The notes below the pieces were generated by a model that was not told where the DNA came from, made no database searches, and was given only the letters and a program-made list of their open reading frames with translations. Positions 36,442 through 47,801 of a DNA stretch of 64,000 nucleotides are shown piece after piece (the stretch's first letter is position 1; each line of letters begins with the position of its first letter). The translations under genes and the position numbers were made by a program. This stretch comes from Podarcis pityusensis. Its lineage: Eukaryota. The stretch lies in assembly GCA_964106645.2 (NCBI GenBank), contig OZ067042.1. The stretch is one strand, 5' to 3'.

Positions 36442-36512
36442 CTTCACTAAGTGTCAGCAGCAGAAAGTTGAGGCCCAGGCAAGTAAGGAGGGAGCAGAGA
36501 GGCATCTGCCAG
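36442..36512 (-). CDS. ZFYVE27: Protrudin exon (first hydrophobic segment)
   Basis: (S)WQMPLCSLLTCLGLNFLLLTLSE; 71 nt, phase 2-1. Confidence 0.96.
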
Positions 36513-37045
36513 CTGTGAAACATACATGATCAAGCATTTATTGCCACGCCAAAAGGATATTTAGCTGTACAAATGAGGTATGAACATGAGAATGGTGGAG
36601 ATGGAAAGGGCAAGCCTAAGTTTAAGTCTCGGGTCATGGAGTACATTAACTTGCCTTGAGCACAGAAAAACGGTATATAAATAAGAAATCAAATTAGATT
36701 GAATGACAAAAGCAAGGTAAGGGTAGGGTATTTTTTAAAATGGGGGAATGTTGTAATCAGCCACAGACACTAGCCAAGTCACAAATGCAGCAGCATATCT
36801 TGTTTAAGCCCAACTGCACACAGCGTTTCCCATGCTGAATGCTTGGTGTCTCTTAGAACAAGTGGAATTAAGTATTTGGCCAGGACTCTTCGTCTTCTCT
36901 CTTTTTTCTCCCACTTGCAAAAGTGAGACTCCCAAAGAGCCTGTGCTTTTCTGCCCTCCAACATGGCAGGAGACAACAACAAAAATTTCTCTAGCTCCAC
37001 CACAACCATCACCCACAAGGTGCAACCAAGTAGTTGGGCACCAAC

Positions 37046-37248
37046 CTGAGGAGGAACCACACCCCTTCCGCAATATCCTGCAGTGGTTCCAAGTACAGTT
37101 CCAGTCGCTTGTAGGATACTACTAGATTGAAGAGATCCAAGGAAGGGGGCTTGGGTGGCAAAGGAGAAACTGGTTGGGAATCGGAAGCCGTGGGGCTGTC
37201 CAGTCCATTCCCTGTGGTTGCTCCACTCTCACGCTCTGGAACCTGCAT
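37046..37248 (-). CDS. ZFYVE27: Protrudin first coding exon; full CDS 408 aa (415 aa with microexon)
   Basis: ctacag|T ATG; MQVPERESG...DLFNLVVSYKRLELYLEPLQDIAEGVWFLL (cf. human FDLFNLVLSYKRLEIYLEPLKD); donor CAG|GTTGGT. Confidence 0.96.
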
Positions 37249-38149
37249 ACTGTAGATGTGAAGGTTGAGAGGAACACAAAAAAGAACAATAAAAATAGTC
37301 AACTCTTCCCCACCCCTAGTGTGAAGGAAACAACAGAGATGACCTTTGGGAAGGGCAGGGCCCACATCCCCCCATGCAAAGGAACTGCATTCACTATGAC
37401 TGGGCAAGTCATGAGAAACAGATACCTACAACAGGTGTCACTTTTGCCCCACTGAGGCCCCAGAACCTGCATGATAGGGAGAGCCAACACACAAATTGTC
37501 CCAAGAGCTGCAGAGCCATGGGGAAGCTCCTCAAAAGCATCTCCTCCTTTTGCAAACAACAACAACTGCAGCCACCTGGGAGTCAGGGTGGGGAAACATC
37601 CCCTGTAACCCTATGCCATATATACCAAAAGGCATGCAGACAGTCTGTGCTAATTAATCTGGCCTAATAATTTATTTTATACACCCACAATTGCAAGCAC
37701 ATATTAAAATATATATCCATAAACATGCATCAAAGGCACAGAGAGAATCCATTCTTGTAATCCTCTTTAGCTAATCTAGCAGGATAGGTCCAGGGTGACA
37801 AGGGACAAGCAGCCCACATTAAGTGATACTCAAAATACAGCATCCAAGAATGTGGGGTGCATCTGCGACACGAGAGGAACACGTTCAGGTGGAGAGAGGA
37901 ATGACCAGATCATATTCTGCAACTTATTTGATATTGGCAATGTCACTACCTGGGTCACTCCGGGTGAATCAAAAGGGGCAAAACAGGACAGCATGGGATG
38001 CTCCTGCCTGCTAGCTCAGTACTTGGGAGGCAGGCAAAATGTCTTCCTCCAGACAAGGAGGTTAAAATGACCAGCCTCTTCTCTCTTCCCCCGAGGGGCT
38101 CCTGCGCCATGGCAGGCAGAAATCCAGCAGGTGAAGCGCTCTCTATCAG

Positions 38150-38720
38150 ATCCTCCCAGCGCCGGGTAAGCTTCATCTGCTGCACTTCCGCACATCGCGG
38201 CACAACAGCCCCTTCCCGGAAAAGAAAAGAAAAACGGGAATTCAGCCCTTGACGAGCTGCACCCCGGAGGCTCCAGCGGAACCAGCGCTCAGCTTGCGGG
38301 GCAGCCACAGAGCTCCGCCGGAGGAGGAGGCGGCGCCGCCGGCTCGTCCCACCTACCTCTACACAAGCGGCCCACAAGCCCTACGGCCCCAAATAGGGCG
38401 AAAGGGCGGAGCCTCCCCTTCCACGTCCAACCTCGACCTCACCCGTCTCGCCAACACCGCCGCGACCGCCGACACTTCCTGGGCAGAAGGACCCGGCTGT
38501 GCCTCAGCTCCGCTGCGCAGCGCACGCTTCGGGGAAGCGGCCACCTGACCCGCCCACCTGAGGCAGCCGGCCAATCAGAAGCGCGGGAAGCGGCCGCCGC
38601 CGCGCGCGTCCTCTGCTGGAAAAGCTGCAGCTCCTATTGGGCAAGAGCCTCCCACCGCCAGCCTATGGGAGCCTTCGTACTTCTTATTCGCCGCGGGCCG
38701 CTTTTTATAAGCTCAGTGAT
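38150..38720 (-). promoter_or_regulatory. CpG-island promoter and non-coding first exon of ZFYVE27
   Basis: High CpG density; ETS site GGAAGTG (38473-38479), CCAAT boxes (38571, 38636); minus-strand donors CGG|GTGAGG (exon end 38443) and GAG|GTAGGT (exon end 38357). Confidence 0.8.
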
Positions 38721-39914
38721 TCGTCCCTTCCCCGTCTCTGAACCGCTTTTTCCGCCAGTCGTTCTGCCCACACTGATTGGCACTGCCTTTCTAGGATTTG
38801 AGGCAGGGAGCTTTGCCCAGCCCTACCTTGAGATGCCAGGGACTGAACCTGTCTTTCTGCATGCATCCACTGAGCTACGGCCCTTCTGTAATTTGACCTG
38901 CCTTGGATGCTATGCACTTTGACCTGGGTGTGCGGGTCAATTACTGTTCCACCTCAGACAGCAAAATGTCTTGGGCTGACCTGAATCTTCCCAGAGGAAC
39001 TCGCTGAAGTCCAGAAACTAGCACTAACCAGCCCTGAAGTCTCAAAAGAGCTTCAGTAGCTCATAATATTCACTGAAGGTTATGGTATCCCAGGGAGCCT
39101 ATGGCATGGCTTTGTACATGCTCCTGGGAGATGGTGCAGTGACAGGGTGTGATTTTTGTGGTCAGACTTGTGGGGCACAAAGTAGGCTTCAGAGGTCCAA
39201 GACATGGCCGTAGACAGGATTTATGTTAGGGAGGGAAGGCTTTATGTTAGGGGAGGCAGAACCTCAGTTAAGTATTTTTATTGATTTATTTGATTTAGGG
39301 GGGCAGCTGTCCCGCCCCAGCTACACTCATGGTCCAAGGGGAGATTCCAGGAGGGAGGAACTGCAAATTCAAATATGAAGCTAAAAGCAAAGATCTGCAC
39401 CAGCAAAAGAATGGAAATGGATTAAACACTTGTAAAATTGGGTAGCCTCAAGCCAGCTATTAAGGACCTGCAGGAGCAGTACCATACACCAAAAAGAAAC
39501 CTGATTAATTCTCTGCATAAAGCTGCTGCTAAAATACTTTTGACAATACATCCCATCCATTATTTTTTATCAGGCTACCTTGAATAAAAACTAATGCAAC
39601 ATATGTATGGAGTCCTATGAAATTTCATTCAGGCAAATTCTTCAGGCTGGTTATTACTCTTTATCTTCTAATTTTATATGTACACAAATTCTATAAAGTT
39701 GCATATAATGGTCCCATTCATACATTATGCTTTAGGTGCAAAACGGGGACAAAAGGAACTCAAATTAATGCTCATTCTCAACTGCAATTTCACTCAAAAC
39801 CCACAAGGTGGCTGTCCAGATCCAATAACTGATCTCTGCTAAGATGACAACAACAGGAATAGGCAGCTGCTCGCACCTCAGTGGGATTCTGCTTCTGCAA
39901 AAATAACCTATGTA

Positions 39915-40140
39915 CAGTGGTACCTCAGGTTAAGTACTTAATTCGTTCCGGAGGTCCATACTTAACCTGAAACTGTTCTTAACCTGAAGCACCACTTTAG
40001 CTAATGGTGCCTCCCGCTGCTGCTGCGCCGCCGGAGCACGATTTCTGTTCTCATCCTGAAGCAAAGTTCTTAACCTGAAGCACTATTTCTGGGTTAGCAG
40101 AGTCTGTAACCTGAAGCGTATGTAACCTGAGGTACCACTG
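39915..40140. mobile_element. Tc1/mariner-type MITE, TA TSD
   Basis: TIRs CAGTGGTACCTCAGGTTA / TAACCTGAGGTACCACTG flanked by TA; second copy at 54221-54435. Confidence 0.9.
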
Positions 40141-40213
40141 TACAACTTTGAGCTGAGAGCATCTGAAACTACCTAAGAATACACTGCCTCCCTCAAGTTA
40201 TTTCTTTACAATG

Positions 40214-40214
<1 letters not shown>

Positions 40215-40260
<46 letters not shown>
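40215..40260. repeat. (CT)n(CA)n microsatellite
   Basis: Directly visible. Confidence 0.95.
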
Positions 40261-40263
<3 letters not shown>

Positions 40264-40886
40264 TGCCAGTCTGCTACTGCTTTTTCCCCACAGTGCTTTT
40301 TGGTTTTGTATTCACTGTGTGCATTTATCCAACATGGCTCTACTATTAAACTAGAGGCAGACATTTATGAGCATGTGTTACTGCATGATTACCATTGCAC
40401 AAGTACAGAAATGGCTTTGACTGTAGAATTTAGCATCTTGAGGAGCACAATGGCCATTGTAAAAAGGACATTTTAGACTTGAAGTTCACAAAGTAGGCTT
40501 GAAAACAAGTCTGGTGAAATCTCAGATGGATTTCCAGTGGTTCAGGGTGGGGCTTCTCAGGCTTCCTTCTGCAACTAGAAGAGAAGCAAAATATGCCTGC
40601 ACCACAAATTTAAAGCTGGTTTCACTTTTTTGTATCGAACCTAGGAACTCCTGTTCTTTGAGGGAACTGGTTCTAAGCACTTTACATTTGCAGTATGAAT
40701 ATGTTTTGTCACAGTTGAACTAAAGTGCTGTGTGGCTAAGGAATGTTATTGATCTGAAGCAAACTTGTTGCTTTGTGTGGAAAATGTTCTTGCTGTCTAG
40801 CAACAGGAACTGATCAGCACAGGCACAAGTTTTGAAGTGCTTGGAAAAGGAGTTGGATCTGGCCTTTAGCCAGTTGGCACTTCCCA

Positions 40887-40911
40887 TAGGTAGGTAGGTA
40901 GGTAGGTAGGT
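40887..40911. repeat. (TAGG)n microsatellite
   Basis: Directly visible. Confidence 0.9.
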
Positions 40912-42215
40912 GGCAGCTCTTGGAAGAACAATCTTGGTGTATAATGGGTGTCAGAATCAGGGATTGGATTGCCAGCTTACCTTGTAACATAGCCAGTTTT
41001 CAGTAGCAGTGGGTGTGTTTACCATCAGAAGAGCATCACACTAATGCTGCCAGGTTTGGTAGATTAGTTAGTTTAACTTATAAAAATGCAGTAATCAGTT
41101 AAAATGTGCCCCTGATTAATTGGGTAGCAATTTTTTAAATGAAAGAAATAAACTCATTGTGGTTATTTGTACTAATGTTACATATAATACCAGGGGTGGC
41201 ATGCACTATCTTAGAAGATGCAATAAAATGTAAAACTAAACAATAAAAACCATTTTAACAAGTTAACAAGAGACAAAAGTTAACCTTTGTTGAAAGGTGT
41301 ATTATTAATTGCCTGCATAGGCCTGGGAGAATAAAAAAAAATCAGCAGGCATTTAAAAGTTGGCACTTAAAAGTTGAGATAATTCGTCCAGGGTTTGAAC
41401 TTACACATGAGAAACCCATGTTGTTTGGGAGTCACGCTATGGTTCCCAAACAAAACACCATGGGTCCTGGCTTCTCCTCCTCCAACTATGCTATCCAGAG
41501 TGTTCTGATGATTCTCTAGGTGGGAGCAATTTGCTGTCTGTGAGACTGAAATCCCTTTTCCTGGGGCGCCTGTGGGTTCTCAATGCATGCTTCCTACTGA
41601 ATTGACCAGGGAACTGGCTGACTGTTGGGATCGGAATGTCAGCCTTTCCATGTCTGGGCCTGTCTGTTTGCCTAGCAAAAGACGGGTTACTGTGAGTAGG
41701 ATGCAAACTGCTCTCTGGGGGGGGAAGTCTGAAGCTTGTGGCTGTATGCATTTGACTCTACACTCCTCTTCATTGTGCCACAGTACCTGATGAGGTAGCA
41801 GCGACCTAGTGGACGACTAAGGTGTTGTATAAGTAGTGGGAGTGTACAATGATTAGGGCAATGCCATGAAATTGTTCTGCCATTGTCATGTGTTGATTGG
41901 TGCCTTCCATGTGTGAGTAATGTGAGGCATTGGTGCACAATGCTGTGATTGATGAATTGCTGTTGCTGTGCTACCTTTGGTTTCTGTTTTGTGTTACTCT
42001 TTGTGTTACTGTTTTGTTTTCTGCTTTGCTACTGGGAGTATAGAAGATTGTGGATACAACCTTGGTGGCTGACAATTGAGTGATTTCTTTAATAAGGCTT
42101 TTACCCTGACTGCAACCTCTTGTTCCAGTGTTCACAGAATTTTATTCAGAGAATGACTTTGACTCCAGAAACCTGATCTCTAAGGCTCTCTAAAGCATCT
42201 CTAAGGCTCACTACA

Positions 42216-42468
42216 CCAGTGTGGTGTAGTGGTTAAGAGCGGTAGTCTCATAATCTGGGGAACCGGGTTCGCGTCTCCGCTCCTCCACATGCAGCTGCTT
42301 GGTGACCTTGGGCCAGTCACACTTCTTTGAAGTCTCTCAGCCCCACTCACCTCACAGAGTGTTTGTTGTGGGGGAGGAAGGGAAAGGAGAATGTTAGCCG
42401 CTTTGAGACTCCTGAAGGGGAGTGAAAGGCGGGATAGCAAATCCAAACTCTTCTTCTTCTTCTTCTTC
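42216..42468 (+). mobile_element. Young tRNA-derived SINE (Squam3-like) with (CTT)n tail
   Basis: Head CCAGTGTGGTGTAGTGGTTAAGAGCGG...GGGTTCGCGTCTCC; near-identical to 15733-15980. Confidence 0.88.
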
Positions 42469-45400
42469 CAAAAACAATTGTAGACACCGCTCCAAAAATT
42501 GATCCAATAAACAGCCAACACCTTTCCTGCCTTATACCCCTTCACCTCTCAGTGTTTCCCTCTATCTACCCCCAAAAGGGATGCAATGACCTCTTGAGTA
42601 TCAAACAGCTGAGGGAGATACAGTGCCCTGTATTTAGGACTACTCATTCTCTGTCTGTTTTGACTCGCAGGCTGCCCTGCTTCTCTATTCTCAAATTCAA
42701 AAATTCCCCATTCTTCTTTAAACTGGCTGGCAGGTAATCAGCAGAGTCATTACGGGTTTGTGGATTCCTGCAAGGGCCAGGATTTAAACCTCATATTGGC
42801 TCATAACCAGCTTGTGCTTGTTTTGAGATGATGAGGGGTCTTACATCATGGACTTCTGCCGCTGCAGCAGCATAGGCTGGTGTGATTCAGAGAACTCCCA
42901 ATACAGAGAGCACCTTTTGCCAGACATGATGGCTGACTGTGAAGTGGATAGATAATCCAAACCAGGGCTGCTGTTCCGTTATCTGCTTGTCCAGTCTCAT
43001 ATCCCAATATAGCAACTGGAGTATGGAACCAAATAATGCCTCAATGTGGCTCCAGTAAGCTGTTCCTCTCTGTGACGGACAGCAGAGCCAGACCAGAGTC
43101 TGGTGATGCAGTCCCTCAGAAATTCCACCAGAGTGCTGGAGCCTCTCGCTGATTGACAGCTAGCCACAGAGTCAGCTAGCCACAGAGGGGAGAGGAGCAG
43201 CACTTCGGAGGGAGAATAAAAGGAGCAGTTTCTGAGGGAGAGAGTTAGACAGGGCTTGATTTGAGATGAGAGATAAGGCTTGATTTGAGTTGGGAGATAG
43301 GGTTCAGATTGAGTGGGAGATAGGGAGTGAGATAGGGATTCCAAACTTCCGCCTACTTAAAATAAATCATTTCAAGAGTAATGAATGCCCTGAATTTGTA
43401 GGAAACCACATACTTTATCAACCCTTTAGATCAAGGCTGGAGAATCTGTGGCTGTTGCTGAACTACCAAGCTATCAACCCTGACCATCAGCCATACTTTG
43501 GCTGGCACTGATGGGACACAAGTCCAACAACATCTGTCCACACATCCCTGCTTTAGATACATAGAATAACCTTCCATGTTCATGACTGGCTAGCAGCCAG
43601 GGCCCTGGTACTGTACCTATAACTTACATATTATGTGACCGTTTCATATTCAAAAGGTCCCTGACGTCATCTTGATAGATGACGATAGCACAGCATCAAT
43701 GGAATAATTGCCCTTTGCTTGCTTAAAATGGAGTAACAGAGATAAGAAAATCAATATCTCTGAGTAAATTAGTAGCAAGAGAGTTGTGAAATACACTGCA
43801 GCACATCTCCAGGTTTGCTCTGACGGCTTTCTTAAAACACACACACACATAGCTGGGTTGGTGACAATGAAATTGGTATCTTGTGGTGCCTGGAACACAC
43901 AGTCAAAGGGGAGGGCATGTGATAGGTGTAAGGTTGAGTGAGCAAGGATCAGCAGTGAGAAGTAAAAAGGGTCTGGCCCAGGAGAAAAACCTACAACCTT
44001 CAAATCCAGAGAGAGAGAATAGGAAAAGGGGGAAGATACAGGGGATCTTTTCTATTCTGATGCTGCAGGGAGCCATAAAATAGGTGATGGATATCACAGT
44101 TATGCTTTGTTTATGAATGTCCCTATGGTATTCATTAGCCACTTTTGTCAGATTGAATGCTGAGCTAGATAAAGCATTGGTGTCACTATTTTGGAGAAAA
44201 ATACACACCATAAATTTAGGTTTGTGCAATTAAAGGGACCTGGCACAACAAATTCACTTTAAAAAACAAAACTTCTATGGCTGGGAAAGCAACAGGAAAA
44301 TGCATTAAAAAGTGTGAGATGATGACTGATGAGAAGACATATAGGGTGTTATTTAAGTTTTACTCAGAGTAGACCCAATAAAAATAATGAACATGGAAAA
44401 GTAGGTCCATTAATTCCAATGGGTCTACTCCGCATAAAACTTCATTGAATACCACACATAATTTCCATGCAACCAAAACAGATAGGATGCTCATTGTCGT
44501 GACCTTCCTACAAACAAATTTGGAAATGTATAACCTCTGTGTAATCTCTGTGCAAGTAAATAAATGTTCAGTAAATACCCTTGGCAGAGTACATTAATGA
44601 AGATGCAAACAGCTGGGGAGCAAGGTTTTTATTACATGTAGAATAGAAGGAAGAAAGTCAGGAATGTCCAGAGGTTGGAGGCCAAGGGTTTTTTGGAAAC
44701 TCCTGCGGTCCACTCTGAGATATGATTTCTTAAGCATGGTTAAAGTGGGCTTTTTCATTTGATGTTGCTGGAATAGGGTCCATTTATCACAGGGAAAAGA
44801 GGCTCCAACAAGAATGATCCTATTCCTACCATTTGAAAAAAGGTAGGGATATATAGGCACATTAGATGTAGCATCTTAGCAAAAGATAGCTGTGGTAGCT
44901 GCTCTGGGAGTTTAGCACAATTAGACAAACAGTAGAAGTCAAAGGGGTGCAGGGGTCTCTTATCCAAGGCACTTCTATATTTCAGAGAAATCCAGTGGTG
45001 GTGAAATCCAATGTGTGACAATCCGTGAGCATGATGAAACCTTCAGTTTACATGGTAGCAACTGGGGGTTGATCCTAGTTCCAAGGTTTGCATGGTTAGT
45101 GCTGTGACATTCTTATATTTCATGTAAAGTCATGAGACATGCGGGAGTAGTACCCGACAGCACTGGATCCTGTTTCCCTGCTAAGCACGGGGAATTTGGG
45201 CACTCTGCACCCTGACCCTCTTAGAAGTCTTCCATGTGATGTAACTGTTTCTCTTCACAGTTGCCATAGGAATATTTTCCTCCCCTTTTCCGGCCCAGAG
45301 CCAGCTTTTGCAGTAATTACATTTCCTCCACGGTCGACCATTCAGCTGCAGTGCCTGTCTGCAAATTTTTACCCTGGGGTTCTCTTTCAATTCTTTCTCC

Positions 45401-45529
45401 CATCCAGGGTAGGATTTATCTTGATGTTTCACGCAGAATAAAATATGCCTCCTTCTCTGGAATATGATGGGAGCAGGAGGATACAGACCCTGCCATAAAA
45501 GGGGCTAAGAACAGTCTGGAATCTGGTAG

Positions 45530-45566
<37 letters not shown>

Positions 45567-45568
45567 TC
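45530..45568. repeat. (CT)n(CA)n microsatellite
   Basis: Directly visible. Confidence 0.9.
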
Positions 45569-45993
45569 ACTATTAGTCTTCTTCAGCAGGAACCTGAATT
45601 TGGGTATCTTTAGGAAGTCTTTGCAGATCACAGAACTATGGTAATAACCGAGTACTTGCCTCCTAAAGATACCAAATATCAAGGTTTGGCCCCAACCTCA
45701 TATAGAGCCACACTGGGTAGATTCACATCTATGATCCACCTGGATTCCAATCCTGGCCTCAGATGATGACCAGCACCTCACTCCAATTTCTGTGAGAGGG
45801 CCCTGCTCTCTGGCCTCTTTTGTTCCTTCACTACATAACCTGTTGCAGAACTCTCCAATGTTTCCTATTATTTATGACCAATTGGTTTGTGGGGTGGCTT
45901 GCTCAAATATGAGGCAATGGCTCAAGAAGATTTCAAGGAACTGAAGCATTAATTAATTCAGGAAGTTACAAGAGTGACATTTATGGGCACAGT

Positions 45994-46214
45994 TACAGAT
46001 AGGTAGCCGTGTTGGTCTGCCATAGTCAAAATAAAAAAATCCTTCCAGTAGCACCTTTAAGACCAACTAAGTTAGTTCTTGGTATGAGCTTTCGTGTGCA
46101 AGCACGAAGTGCAAGCACGAAGTATCTGAAGAAGTGTGCTTGCACACGAAAGCTCATACCAAGAACTAACTTAGTTGGTCTTAAAGGTGCTACTGGAAGG
46201 ATTTTTTTATTTTT
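45994..46214. mobile_element. Penelope-like element terminal (pLTR) fragments in inverted arrangement, 15-bp TSD
   Basis: TACAGATAGGTAGCCGTGTTGGTCTG...GTAGCACCTTTAAGACCAAC matches reptile Penelope ends as I recall them; TSD ATTTATGGGCACAGT at 45979-45993 and 46215-46229. Confidence 0.8.
46122..46159 (+). ncRNA. Minimal type-I hammerhead ribozyme motif (Penelope-associated)
   Basis: GTAT-CTGAAGA-A-GTGTG(CTTG)CACAC-GAAA-GC-TC-ATAC: helix I GUAU/AUAC, CUGANGA and GAAA cores, helix II, UC cleavage site. Confidence 0.7.
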
Positions 46215-47276
46215 ATTTATGGGCACAGTGTGTGTAATTTGAGCTAGGGATTGCCAGGCCTCAGAAATGGACTCATGAGCTCAGCTCTGGATCCCATTGT
46301 TGGTGTCAGTATTTAGCTTACATATCTAATAGTAAGAACAAAGAAACTTCATCTGAGCAAAAGCAAAGAGAATGTGCCTCTTGCTTTAATCAGCAAAGCC
46401 AATGCCCCACATTTAGGAAATACAGGTTAGGGAGTGCAAATATCCAAAAGACATGAGCCTCAACACATCCATTTTTAAAAAGTAAAAACTGGTTACTGGA
46501 GTTATGCTATGCTATAAATGTCACAATGTCCACATCAGGGTCATATCTAAAATAAAAAAGTTACTAAGAACCATCATTTATAAATATCTGATTAAAAACA
46601 GAATGCTATGGAGGAAGAAAAGAATGCAATGGAAGCTTTTGGGGGTGGTTTCTAAGCTTATGCTTATATAACTTCTGAAATGGGATAATATTAATAATAT
46701 ACCAACAGAGCACCCTAAAGGGTGGATATTCAGTATTACTAAACATTAATTAAATGTGAGAGGATGAGATCTTATGTATATGGCATAAAAACATATGGAC
46801 AAACACTACAAACTAAATTAAATCTGCTCCTATAAGGATTATGAATAACACTGAATGATCAAGGGCTTCCAGGGCACCTTATGTCAACCACATATTCTGG
46901 AATCATAGATCAGGCCAAACCTTTCTGGACCCCCAGAGACCCACCTGCCAAGTGAAGGAAGAAAAGAAACGGGGAAGACCCACAATCTGGCTCCCACGTT
47001 TAATCTGAAGGATATACCATTTCTAGCTTCTGGATCATGAAAGCATGCGTCCATCCGTTGATGAAGGGTATAGAGCATCCATCAGTACCATGGACATAGG
47101 GGATTATTCCCCCTCTCCCAATAAAGTCTATTGAAGTTTTCTTCTCTCCATCAGGAAGGCAATGATGAATCTGGAACAAGGAGTAGTCTGTGGGGACTGT
47201 ATGTGTACAAGGCTTGTCCATCTGGTTGAAGAAGGGTCTGTCCATCCCTGCCCATCAGCCTACCTTCTTGCATCTC

Positions 47277-47801
47277 TCAGATATCCTTGTGCCCCTGGAA
47301 ATGTCGTACCAGGCAGTAGAGTCCTGAAATTAGGTAAAAGAAGGCAGTGATACCTGCAAAGACGGCAGCAGTCAGGTAGGCTTTGTAACTGCAGGGCCAC
47401 ATGTAGCCTGGCAGGTTGCAGTAGCTGAAACTCTGTGCCTTCTGGCTCAGGATGCCTGCAGCAGCTGCAGAGAGAATAACCCCAAGCAACAGATCGTGCA
47501 TTAGGTTCGTCATAAGCCAGCGGGTCCCCAGCACCGGCACCAGAGACCAGCGGCCCAGCAGGCTGAGCCCAAAGAGCGCCAAGGTGAGCAACCACAACAG
47601 GACCGCTGCAAAGACCGCAAAGTAGGTGGCTCCTTCATACTTGTGCGCTGCTAAAGTCACCCAGCAGACAGCCCCCGTCAGCAGCTGGGCAATGCGCAGC
47701 ACTCCCAGCAGACTTCTCAAGAAGGGCCTGTTCAGACTCAGAGTCTCTCTCGACTGCGGGCAAGGCGGTGGAGGGGAGGACGGAGGTGGTGGAAGAGCCA
47801 T
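47277..47801 (-). CDS. MARVELD1: MARVEL domain-containing protein 1 (single-exon CDS, 174 aa)
   Basis: Pro-rich N-terminus, RPFLRSLLGVLRIAQLLTGAVCW, four hydrophobic segments, VPVLGTRWLM, SYCNL...C; syntenic position. Confidence 0.95.
   Translation of the reverse strand: MALPPPPSSPPPPCPQSRETLSLNRPFLRSLLGVLRIAQLLTGAVCWVTLAAHKYEGATYFAVFAAVLLWLLTLALFGLSLLGRWSLVPVLGTRWLMTNLMHDLLLGVILSAAAAGILSQKAQSFSYCNLPGYMWPCSYKAYLTAAVFAGITAFFYLISGLYCLVRHFQGHKDI

Noticed and set aside
41490-42180. Possible solo LTR or lncRNA exon
   Set aside because: Only compositional hints (TATAAG, AATAAG); I could not fix termini or a TSD, so it is not reported as a feature.
43240-43340. Degenerate ~24-bp tandem repeats (CRISPR-like at a glance)
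   Set aside because: No unique spacers, vertebrate context; probably internal repeats of an LTR remnant.
46009-46242. Mirror-image ORFs on both strands
   Set aside because: Artefact of the perfect inverted repeat.
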